Below, piece by piece: positions 39,398 to 49,376 of a stretch of DNA of 64,000 nucleotides. The stretch is from Candidatus Hadarchaeota archaeon (lineage in GTDB: Archaea > CAYQAE01 > CAYVLA01). The notes under the pieces are model-generated. The model saw only the letters and a list, made by a program, of their open reading frames with translations, made no database searches and was not told the DNA's origin. The position numbers and the translations under genes are program-made. The DNA lies in contig CAZUNO010000012.1 in assembly GCA_964621445.1 (NCBI GenBank), positions 16,516-80,515 on the forward strand, written 5' to 3'. Position 1 is the first letter of the stretch, and each line of letters opens with the position of its first letter.

Positions 39398-39734
39398 ATG
39401 AAGGCAAATCCACGTTGGGTTAGGTTCTCCTTGGCAGCATTCGCCGTGATGGCTGCCGCAGTCCCTGGCTTTGCGATTCTCGATATCTACAATTTTGATT
39501 GGTATTACTTTGGAGGAACGGGGGGGGAGAGCTTCGCTGGCAACTTTACTGCCTATCATATTTGGTATGCTCAACTTAGTAGTTTTCTTTTCAGGCCCTC
39601 TTATGTTCGCACTTGGGATTCTAGAGGGATATCAGATTGTTCGTGGTCTTATGGATCCTTACAAGAATCCTAGCGAGTTCCCAGTGCCTCATACTACAGT
39701 AAGGTATGAGAATGACATAAGGGGAGAAATATGA
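39398..39734 (+). CDS. small membrane protein split by a G8 tract
   Basis: Overlapping ORFs 39398-39673 and 39471-39734 join into a 111-aa hydrophobic protein if G8 (39520-39527) is G7. Confidence 0.45.
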
Positions 39735-40351
39735 AGTCTGTACGAAAGAAGGTTTATGGGAACCGAATAATAGTAATTACTGGTCAGAGTACTTCTTTGA
39801 ATTGTGGCGGTATGGGAATGATACTCGGCTTCACTAGATCCTTGGAAAACTCCTTCCAAGAATCTAAGATTTTCCTTCTATCAAATAATTCTAAACTGGA
39901 TCAAAGAAGATATGCCTTGGAGAATATTGAGATCGTGCAAAGATCTTGGGTAAGGGCAAAAGATAGAGATTTTCAGAAGTATCTCTATACTGTTATCTCC
40001 TTTCTCCTTATTGTAACTAGGGCTTTCCTTTACCGTTTGGCAGGAGTACTTCATCTTGAGAGTGAAAGAATCTTGGAGTCTACGCTCTCTGTTTATGTTC
40101 GGTCGAATGTTGTTGTCGATATCAATGGGGATTGTTGGTCTCGGCATTTCGATCATCGTTTTTTTCCCTGGTTATTGCCCTTGGTTTTACATGGGGTGGA
40201 TTTAACTAGGAGCGGAGGTATTGGTTTGGCATTATATTATCGACCGGTGGTTCTGTTTTCCCTATTTTTGTTCACTGTGCTCCCCCAGTTGGGGGTCGCC
40301 AGGATTACTCCTGATTGTAGTGATCTCGGGGAGTTAGAGCGATTGGAATAA
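39731..40351 (+). pseudogene. truncated polysaccharide pyruvyl transferase family protein
   Basis: RIIVITG...NCGGMGM N-terminus and VVVDINGDCWS; similarity is lost after ~40140. Confidence 0.6.
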
Positions 40352-41407
40352 GGGCAGTACCATCCCAAACACTTGTAGCCTTCAAGAACAAGGCTCCCGA
40401 TAGACGTCGGGGCCTCGCGTCAGACAATGCATCTACCCTGGCTCTCGGCCATTGATCTTTGGAGCAAGATGGATAAATGAAATTTAGGGAGGAGATTATC
40501 AGCCTGCTGCCAAAACCTATTTCACACCAACTACAATAGGACTAAAGGACATTGTGCATCCGTAGATACAAAAATGGGTTCCAAACTATTTCGATAACAC
40601 AGGGACTGGAAAACCTAGAAAGAGCTTGGTCTAGATCTCATACCCAAATTCTGCGAGAAAATAGCATGATTCTAGGGCCTACCTCTCGATGATCACGCCG
40701 GGCCGTTCTCACCACATATCGCCGTCCATTGTTTAGTGCCTCTATTGGCTACTCCTCCTGTATCAATCCCTGTCTAGGAATGTTGGCGCGGATATGCCCG
40801 AATAATCATTCCTCATAACTTGCTGAAAGTCCTCCGTAGACATGGTGGACAACGTTCCAGACGCTATCTACTCACCGGTCTCGGAGTAGGTGACTACAAC
40901 ATTCAGCTTCTGGGCCACACATATGTTCAAGGAAGGATTCCTCCTGCCCTCCACCAGCCTTCCCTCGCCCCACTGGAAGGAGGGAACTTTCAATAACAGG
41001 ATTAGAGCTCAATTATTGGTTGTTCAAGAACGTGGTTCAATCTCTTCATAGCATCAATCATCTCCTTCTGTACTCTGCACCACTCTCCGTCATCGTCTCC
41101 CTACATCAGTAATCTTCTTTCAAACCCTTGAAGCTTTTCTGTCCTCCATCTTGGCCCATGCAAGTCATCATGTGTAATTGGCTAAAGAACAGCAAAACAC
41201 ACCGCATTGCCGGAACCGCGGTACCGCGAAATAGTTATTAAAACCCCTAATTCAAAAACAGTCAACAAAATCCGTCCAAACCCCCAAAACCCGCTCATTC
41301 AAGCTCAAAAATTGAAATAAAAAAATCCAAAAAACATAACCTTGGATGTCCACCCGCTACAGCGAGGGAATCCCTACGGGCCGGCCCACTTGGTCAAGAA
41401 TACATAA

Positions 41408-43750
41408 CTAATCCTCTCTAGTCGTGGGGGGTCGGTAGCTGAAACCCCTTAGGAAACAAATCAGGCCCACGAATAGCAGGGGGAGTAAAAGTTCAGTAAT
41501 CGGGAACCACAACGAGTTGGATCCAGCTGATTTAAGGGTAAGCCACTCCTGTTCTCTCTGATATTCCGCCGGGTATGCGGTGTGGTAGTACTCGGGCCAC
41601 GGTGATGGTGCGGGGTATTGGCCGCCCAGGGTCAGTGAGTAGAGCTGTGTTTCCTGGTAGGTGTGTCCTCCTAGCTCGACTATCCACTCGGAGACGTTGT
41701 CACCGTCGATGTCGCCCCACCAGCCTCCGTTCTCCGCCCTCCTGTTCACTGCTACATTCTCGTTCATGTAGTATGCTTCCAGCCTCCCCGTGGCGCCATC
41801 GGTGACTATCGGGAAGGGGGCTAGCCAAAGCACCTCTAGCTCGCCGTCGCCGTCGATATCGGCTATCGTCTGGTAAGAGGACCAGTAGTTGGCGGTCGCT
41901 CCCCACGGTAGTTCCCCGCTCTGGCTCATCTCGGTGAAGTTAACCTCCCATATGACCTCCGGGGAATCCCCGCTTATGTTGAGGGCGAAACCGGCGTCAC
42001 TGGACATCACCACCATATCCATACCGCCATCTCGGTCCAGATCCCCGACAGCCTGACAGAGCCTGATTGTGCCCTGCCTGGGGTGCCTCCATGACCACTC
42101 CTCCACGCCCTCATGGCTGATGCTGAAAACAGACGACATCGGCGGGCTGGTCCAGGCCAGCGCCTCGAACTCCCCGTCCCCGTCGATATCCGCTACAATC
42201 ACATTGTTGAACTCCATGTTGGACCCTGTGTCGAACCTCCACCTCTCCAACCCGGACCCGGCATCAATGCAGTACACATTGTGGTCCTGGCAGGCCCAAA
42301 CCACCTCGAACTCACCGTCCCGGTCGATATCACAGACAGTGGGATGACCACCGTTACCCGGCAAGGTCTGGAACGAGGTCCAAACCAGCTCGCCCTCATG
42401 GCTAACGCGGTGGATATAGCCATGGTTGGTGCTGAGAAAGAACTCAACGAAACCATCGCCATCAACATCCAAAGCCTGCGGGGCACCAAACATATCCGCC
42501 CGATCGGGTTCATCCCAGTACCACACAAGCTGTCCATCACCATTCAGAACATGAAGCCTTCCACCCCTACCAGCCAGACAGAGCTCATAGACACCGTCGG
42601 CATCAACGTCCACCAGGGACACCTTACCCGGGTTACCGGGAAGCCCAGGCATATCGGGAGGAGGATACATCCACTCCAGCCTGGAATCCGCATCGACACA
42701 CCACAGCCTCTTGGTATCACCCCTCCCGTTACCGAACACCATCTCCATCACCCCGTCACCGTCCACATCCCAAACCGTCTGACATCCCCGGTGCCCCGGA
42801 CCAACGATCGAGGAGGTAAGATCACTCATATTGACAATCCACTCAACACCGAGCAGAGGGACCTCCGGTTCCCTGAACTCGGTCGAGAAATTCACCCCAG
42901 CGCTAGCCTCAGTCCGACCATCAGAGACATATACCACCAACCGGTGAACCCCATCCGGCAAGACCAAGTCAATCTTCTTGTCCACCACAACAGGGCAGGC
43001 ATCATTACCGATGTAGCTCTGCCTGGCATGGCCCTCCAGAATTATCTCGCCGTCGACCTCTACCCGCCAGTCAATCTCAATAGGTTCAACATCCACATCG
43101 TACACCCGGAAACAAACCGACCAGAGTCTAGCTAACTCCGCTCCCTGGTTCGGCTCGGTGATAACCAGGTACCGAGTCTCCCCCGGCACCCTGGACCCGG
43201 AGATGTTACCGGCAAGCGTGATACCGGCCCGCGGGTATCTAAGAGCAACCCGACTCATCTCCTGGAACTGATACCTCGGGAGCCTCCACACAGCCCACAG
43301 CCCGATACAGGAACGGGGGCTAAGGTTATACCTCCCATGCTTCCAGATCTTCTCTACAAGCCCATCGCATTCCATTTCACCAAATTGTTGGGACCATCGA
43401 TGGTAGTAACAATCTCTCCACGGGCCGTCATCCACCTTAAACTCCATCAAACGCGGATCAATAACCATATAGCTATCCAGGTTGTTGCGGAGTCTCATCC
43501 AAACGATAACCTCCCTGAACCCCTCAACATCCCCAACGGCAACCAACTCCAGGGTCACCCCATTACTCGTGGCATCCACAGACATGTAGGAATGGTTGCC
43601 ATGGAGTGGTTGTGAAGAACCTCCAGGATCAACGTCAAGGCTAGACACCAAGCTGAAGTTAAGCGGAAGAATTAGAAAAAGGAAAAATAGAGAATTGAAT
43701 TTCGTCATCCTAATTCCACTGAACGAAGGATTGTTCCACATGAAAATCAC
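41408..43750 (-). CDS. secreted surface protein with FG-GAP/beta-propeller repeats and C-terminal membrane anchor
   Basis: Signal peptide; repeated D(V/I)DGDG.xE motifs; C-terminal PITE + hydrophobic helix + basic residues. Confidence 0.82.
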   Translation of the reverse strand: MIFMWNNPSFSGIRMTKFNSLFFLFLILPLNFSLVSSLDVDPGGSSQPLHGNHSYMSVDATSNGVTLELVAVGDVEGFREVIVWMRLRNNLDSYMVIDPRLMEFKVDDGPWRDCYYHRWSQQFGEMECDGLVEKIWKHGRYNLSPRSCIGLWAVWRLPRYQFQEMSRVALRYPRAGITLAGNISGSRVPGETRYLVITEPNQGAELARLWSVCFRVYDVDVEPIEIDWRVEVDGEIILEGHARQSYIGNDACPVVVDKKIDLVLPDGVHRLVVYVSDGRTEASAGVNFSTEFREPEVPLLGVEWIVNMSDLTSSIVGPGHRGCQTVWDVDGDGVMEMVFGNGRGDTKRLWCVDADSRLEWMYPPPDMPGLPGNPGKVSLVDVDADGVYELCLAGRGGRLHVLNGDGQLVWYWDEPDRADMFGAPQALDVDGDGFVEFFLSTNHGYIHRVSHEGELVWTSFQTLPGNGGHPTVCDIDRDGEFEVVWACQDHNVYCIDAGSGLERWRFDTGSNMEFNNVIVADIDGDGEFEALAWTSPPMSSVFSISHEGVEEWSWRHPRQGTIRLCQAVGDLDRDGGMDMVVMSSDAGFALNISGDSPEVIWEVNFTEMSQSGELPWGATANYWSSYQTIADIDGDGELEVLWLAPFPIVTDGATGRLEAYYMNENVAVNRRAENGGWWGDIDGDNVSEWIVELGGHTYQETQLYSLTLGGQYPAPSPWPEYYHTAYPAEYQREQEWLTLKSAGSNSLWFPITELLLPLLFVGLICFLRGFSYRPPTTRED

Positions 43751-43785
43751 ATTTACCTAGGAGGCTCAGCTTTCTTATAGGTCCT

Positions 43786-44388
43786 TCAGTCATCGACGAA
43801 GAGTCCTCTGGTCGGCTGGTTATTGTCATCTATCTCCAAGTTGTAAATCTCTGTGTTCGAGTCCGGTCCATTCAGATGGGCTCTGCTGAGGAACCTGAAT
43901 TTGTACTCAGCTGTGCCGAAATCGTAGTTGACTTGAAGCCACTCCGTAGATTCCGGGATACTACTTGTGGTAGTACTCCAGAGCTTGCTTCCCACGTTGA
44001 CCCAGTGCCCATCTTGTTTCTCGTAGACGAAAAGCCACATCCTGAAATAAGCTTTGCTTGCCGTGTCCTGTTCTCTTCATAGTCTACTAGCACACCACAC
44101 TTTGCGTACTCTCCACCGTCCAACTCGTTTTCGTCTGTATACCAATACGCTTCCCAACCATAATAGCCGCTTCCAGTTCCGCTGTCGAAATCGCCGTATC
44201 CTCCGTACATGTATCCATATATCCCAGCCCAATACGTGCACCCAGTTTCACAATCTCCTGAATCCACTTCGAAATGGTCGGCACTGTAACCAAATGAGGA
44301 AGTGTTGTCTATGTCTACTCTAGATATGGCCCAGACAATGGCAGCGCTGCCGATAACCAACATCACTGTCAAGATGGCTTCTCTTTTC
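43786..44388 (-). pseudogene. secreted hypothetical protein with a frameshift near 44070
   Basis: GGTGA RBS and signal peptide MKREAILTVMLVIG; the frame continues as QDTASKAYFRMWLFVYEK... in ORF 43786-44040. Confidence 0.6.
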
Positions 44389-44489
44389 ATTTCTTTCACC
44401 CCCCTTTGGCCCATCTGGAGGCCATGAGGACAGGTCGAACAACACCCAGGGAACTGTACAGATCCCTCGGTCTGGGAGCTGCGGCCTTT

Positions 44490-45177
44490 CTCGGTCCACG
44501 TTGGCCTGGGTCCTCTTTCTCTCCTCCAGGTACCGTCTTAACGCCTGGCAGGCGTCCTGCCCAAAGAAAGCTCTGTACTCAACGCCCGACTTCTTTCTAG
44601 CTAGCTTAACCAGCAGCGGGGGGTCCTCCAGGCTACCTCTTACCGGGTCCTCCACCATGACGTCGCCGACGTTCAGATCCAGCAGATCTCCTATGCTCAT
44701 ACCGGACTGCCATAGGCAGAGGATGATGGCTTTGTCTCTGTTGGCTTTTGCATGGTCCACCAGCTCTCTGACTTGGTCTCGCCGAATATTCATCTTCCGG
44801 TTTCTCTGTCTTCTGGTCGCTTTCGGTAAGCTCAACTTTTTCTTGTCCACGGGGAGATCGTTGTAGTTCAAGAACTCCGTTATGCCCGAAAGGTACTTGT
44901 GACAGGTTTTAAGAGCGAAACCTTTTTCTCCATTCTTCTTCTCCGCCTGGCTGTGGAGGTAGTTGAAGAACCCCTTGAGGATGTTGACTTCAGGCCTTTG
45001 ACGTTTCTCTATATCCTTTCTCCTGTCCTCGGCGACAACCCTTATCAGTCCCTCTCCCAAGATTTTGTGCCCTCGCTCCTTCTCCATGTAGCCCTGGAAA
45101 AGCTGGAACGCTCTCCGGTACGCTGTCCGCGTGGACTCATTCTTAGATTCAAGGAAGCTCTCAGTCCTGTTGTCCAT
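44490..45177 (-). pseudogene. tyrosine recombinase/integrase, C-terminally truncated
   Basis: STRTAYRRAF N-domain, RDKAIILCLWQSGMSIGDLLDLNVGD, RKKSGVEY, ALRRYLEER; no HxxR/Y region before the next gene. Confidence 0.82.
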
Positions 45178-45221
45178 GGTACCACACCCAACCTAAACAC
45201 CCAAAGTAAAAATGTAACTAG

Positions 45222-47390
45222 TTAATGAACTAACTCGTATTCGACTTCGAACTCAGCCCCGTTATTCAAGGAGGAAACCGCCTCCTGGACCTGCCACACT
45301 GGCAGAATCTCGCTCCATTCGCCAGATCCATTCACTGGTCTCCACCTGGCGAAATCCATTACCGCCTGATTGGGTTGAGAACGGGATATCTTCCAGGAAG
45401 AATCGGGTTCAGTTATATGCAGAGGCTCATCGAGCACCTCCTCTGCCTCTCCATCCACCTGAAAATCCGGATTGACCAGAAATAGTCTCCCCTGACCACC
45501 GGCCAGGTCGAAGGTCGTGTTCCGTGGACGAGATAAAACCTCACCCGTGTGGGGAACCAGCTCCTGGACCTCATCCTCGAAATCCACATTCAGCCTCATA
45601 GTTTTCGAGTAATGCATATTTACCATGAAGCTTATGGTTGAATTTCCCAACCTTCGCCTATGAATTAGTAGATTTCGTAGAGGTGCTCCTGACACCCATT
45701 CAATGGAAGGGCCGGGGCTAAGAAACGGTTTTATTTTGGACGCCAGACTGCGTTCGGAGTTTTTAGTTTTTATCGCCCGGGCCAGCAGATCCTGGAGCTC
45801 GCCTGATTCCTCCCCCTCGATCAGATATGGTACCTCCCCAACCAGGATGATCTCACCACCCGATTCCGAGAGATCTTTGAGCAGCTCGAAGGTCGATCGC
45901 CTGATGCTTTTCATGGAGGGAATGACCACTACCCGGTATTTCTGGCGTCCCAGGACCAATTTCCCTCCACGAACCTCCCCATGCTTTTCAATGATGAACT
46001 CCTCACCGTACTCAAAATCTATCTGACTTCTAAGGAGATTCCAGGTCAGCTCTCTAAATTTCTCAAAGACATCCTCAACCCGATCCGGTCTGGATGGGCT
46101 ATACTCGGCCCAGGCGCTTCCTATGGGATGGATGACTAGCACATCAACCAATCTATCTCCATGCGATAGGACGTAACTAAGCCTGGTGAAATAATCGGCT
46201 ACCATGCGGTTATATTCCCACCAGGGCTGATGGGGAGATAGCGTGGGTGGATAGTCCCTCTTTCGAGCCCCCCTCAAGGAATATAAAGCCAGGTGTTGGC
46301 ACAGAAAATTTACCCCCAGCGCGTATTGAAAGTTGCCTATCCATCTTCTATCATGAAAGTCCAGCGCCTGTCCAGAGGTGCCGTAGCTCTCGGATAGAAC
46401 CCTTCTCTTGCCGAGCTGAGAGGAAACCGAGGCAACCTGCTTCTCTACCCAGGGATTATGTATGCCCTTTCCCAGGTGGTCTATTCCTGGCTGTTGCATG
46501 TATTCATAGTGTTGCATGGCACTCCCAATGCAGTGGATCTGGCCCAGAAGAGAATCCTCCCACTCGTAGTGCCCCGTATAGCTCAGTGACCGTTCCTCGC
46601 ACCAATCATGGACCTGCTTGCTGAAAGCCTCCACGAAAAGCCGGGTCAATGTAGAGTAATAATCGTACCTTACCTTTCTGAATTCTCCTTCATCGAAAAA
46701 TAGGCTTTCAATATGATCCGCTAAATTGTATCCGTGTTCCACCTCAAACCTATCAACCATGTCCTTTGCCCAGGGAATAACAAGTTTCCCGCTCTGGGAA
46801 TGATGGGTGGCATACTGCGGCTCGTCGGTAAATATGCCCGGTACAGTTTCACCAAACTCGTTTCCCAGGTGAATCTCATATAGTTCGTGGGTTGACTCCA
46901 GGAAGCAACCAACTGCATCGGGGTTTAGTAGATTTGGGATATGTCCCATCGGCATGACCTTGGCGAAGAAATCGAAGGATTGCATCTCCCCGTCGATCTC
47001 CATCTCCCTCCTTGCCAGGGTATTCAGCGGAGGCCTGGAATCCCGTGATGGCCTGCAATATAGAAGCATGCTCCTGAATTCCGGGGCGAGCTTGGTGACT
47101 TGTCCTCCACCCTTTCCGCTGGGCCAACCATCCTCATCATATATCCAGAACCTGCCTCCGATCTCCTCGAACTTCCGAACGCAGGATTTGACTAGATTGA
47201 ACCAACGGTTGCTCAAATAGGGGGTCACTAGTCCCGTCCGGGCATGGAAGAAGAATCCACCCCACCCCTGACAATGGAATTCCTCTATGAACTCCAGGAG
47301 CCTTTCCTCCTCTAGCTGATCATTGACTGAAAAGAAGGGAGCGGGACGGTATTGGACAGGTGGTTCCTTGAATCGGTCTAGATTCACCAA
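45222..47390 (-). pseudogene. 5' part of a GH106/alpha-L-rhamnosidase-like glycoside hydrolase, interrupted by the element
   Basis: YRPAPFFSVND, HARTGL.TPYL, WIYDEDGWPSG, GIFTDEP, PGIDHL, RKRDYPP; AGGAGG before TTG 47390; the stop at 45222 lies in element DNA. Confidence 0.85.
45232..45241 (+). repeat. right att core (direct repeat)
   Basis: AACTCGTATT. Confidence 0.9.
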
Positions 47391-47477
47391 ACATCCTCCT
47401 CCTCTCGCCACATCTCCGGTGTTGATAAATGCGCATGTGACCGTGCCCTTTATCAATCTGGTAACCTGCCGTAAGAC

Positions 47478-48365
47478 ATGGATTTCGCTAACCCCTTCAG
47501 GGATGCTGAGGGAGCCTGGTTTAAGGGAAACGTCCACACCCACACCACTGAATCGGATGGTCACCTCTCTCCCCGGGAAGTGGCTGACTTCTACCGGGAG
47601 AGCGGATACGATTTCCTGGTTTTAACCGACCACGAGAGGGCAAGCAATCCAAGCCCCCTGTCAAGAGATGAATTCCTGGTGTTCACCGGTCTTGAAACAT
47701 CGCCGCTGGAAGAGGATCACCACATAGTGGGCATAGGAATCAAGGAAATAGGGCCTTTCTCCAGGAAGAATACCGTGCAGGAGAGCATAGATGCTCTGAG
47801 AGATATGGATGCATATGTCTTTCTCGCTCACCCTTACTGGTCAGCGCTCACCGAGAAGGATGTACTGGGACTAGGAGGTATCGATGGCCTCGAGCTTTAT
47901 AACACGGGGTGCGAAGTCGAGAAGGGAAGGGGATTTTCCACAGTTCACTGGGACAACCTTCTGTCCGCCGGCATGAGGCTAAGCGGGCTGGCAGTAGATG
48001 ATGCCCACAGGTATACCAATGACGCACCCGGTGGATGGATCTGGGTAAAGTCAGCGAAACTAACGGAAACCGCCATCCTGGAAGCCATCCGCAATGGGTT
48101 CTTCTACGCCTCCACGGGACCGAGAATACTCGATGTGGATATCAGGGAGGGCACCGTGAGCGTGCTCACCAGTCCATGCGAGGTTATAACCTTTCATAGC
48201 AAGGGGCCAACGGGAAGCAGCAACACCCGGGTGGGCGAGGGAATGCTGCATCATGCCCAGCACAAGTTGCGGCCAGAAAACGAGTACATTCGTATAGAGT
48301 GCGTTGATGGCGGGGGAAGACGCGCCTGGACCAACCCGATCTATACCGATAAATTCGGGAAATGA
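47478..48365 (+). CDS. CehA/McbA-type PHP metallohydrolase
   Basis: KGNVHTHTTESDG, LTDH, AHPYWS, VDDAH, AWTNP. Confidence 0.88.
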   Translation: MDFANPFRDAEGAWFKGNVHTHTTESDGHLSPREVADFYRESGYDFLVLTDHERASNPSPLSRDEFLVFTGLETSPLEEDHHIVGIGIKEIGPFSRKNTVQESIDALRDMDAYVFLAHPYWSALTEKDVLGLGGIDGLELYNTGCEVEKGRGFSTVHWDNLLSAGMRLSGLAVDDAHRYTNDAPGGWIWVKSAKLTETAILEAIRNGFFYASTGPRILDVDIREGTVSVLTSPCEVITFHSKGPTGSSNTRVGEGMLHHAQHKLRPENEYIRIECVDGGGRRAWTNPIYTDKFGK

Positions 48366-48437
48366 CATCCATAGAGGCTCATAATCTGTTGACCAGTACA
48401 ATAACCAAGGACCGTGCCAGTGCTGACCTTGCTGAAT

Positions 48438-49376
48438 TCAATCGGCACTATCCAGCTTTTCTATGATATCTCGGGCCCTATTCTCGGCCTCGGATACCGT
48501 GTCATGGTCGCATAGAATTCCATACAGCTCGGGCCGTCTGCTTGCTTTCACCGCAATCGATCTCTCGCATAGCTTGGCAAAATGGAAGTTGGATATCCTT
48601 TTCCTGTCCAGGTCTACCTCCCGTGTAACTACCTCAACCTGCCGAGACGCCTCAGCAAGTATCATTCCATCTGGTCCCATAATCCCGCTACGGCCTAGCA
48701 TCATTCCCGGACGCCAGGGCTCCTCGTCGCCCACCCCGTAGGATGCGGAAATCAGGTACGTACCTGTGTCTATGGCCCTGGAACGGTATCGGGCTTCCCA
48801 GTCTATCTCTCCCCAGCTGGATTGCACGTGGGGGAAGAGGATGATCTCAGCACCCTTAAGCATTAGACAAAGAGGGACTTCTGGGTACTCTATGTCCATG
48901 CATATCATTATCCCCATCGTCCCGAAGTCCAGCTCGAATACCGGAATCTCGTCCCCAGGAACGATTCCCGCCTCCGCTTCCGGCGCAGGGAGGTGGGTCT
49001 TGTAGTATGTACCGAGGTGGTCTCCCTGTCTGTTCATGATCAGAGCTGCGTTCCTGAGCCTGCCATTGACTTTGATTATTGCCGGGGCGACGATATTCAT
49101 GGAATACTCATCCGCGATATCCGAAATAGAATCGACGAAAGGACCGGGAACTGGATCAGCGTATTCGGTCAACATGTCCTTCTTGAAGGGCAACCCTCTT
49201 AGATTGGCCATCTCCCCGAATACCGCTAAATCCGATTCCCTTTCACCGGCAATGATCAAGTTCTCCTTAATCGATTCCAAATTCTCCCGCTTCTTCTCAT
49301 GTGGAGTGCTCCCCTCGTTTTTTTGGGGGAGCTGGAGAGTACTCAGCCTTACTTTTCTAGACATTGAACCACCCAT
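48438..49376 (-). CDS. carbon-nitrogen hydrolase family protein
   Basis: FGE, YYKTHL, ICMDIEYPE, RRPELY. Confidence 0.88.
   Translation of the reverse strand: MGGSMSRKVRLSTLQLPQKNEGSTPHEKKRENLESIKENLIIAGERESDLAVFGEMANLRGLPFKKDMLTEYADPVPGPFVDSISDIADEYSMNIVAPAIIKVNGRLRNAALIMNRQGDHLGTYYKTHLPAPEAEAGIVPGDEIPVFELDFGTMGIMICMDIEYPEVPLCLMLKGAEIILFPHVQSSWGEIDWEARYRSRAIDTGTYLISASYGVGDEEPWRPGMMLGRSGIMGPDGMILAEASRQVEVVTREVDLDRKRISNFHFAKLCERSIAVKASRRPELYGILCDHDTVSEAENRARDIIEKLDSAD

Larger units (their letters stand above)
37138..45241. mobile_element. 8.1-kb tyrosine-recombinase integrative element inserted in a glycoside hydrolase gene
   Basis: 10-bp direct repeat AACTCGTATT at both ends, recombinase genes at both ends, host ORF restored on removal. 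Confidence 0.9.

Noticed and set aside
39713-39720. TGACATAA matching the att arm, suggesting internal cassette sites
   Set aside because: No partner arm across a 6-bp spacer; one 8-mer match in 8 kb is compatible with chance.
42113-43135. 340-aa plus-strand ORF and other long antisense ORFs (e.g. 3873-4532, 56861-57703)
   Set aside because: They are shadow frames opposite well-supported genes.
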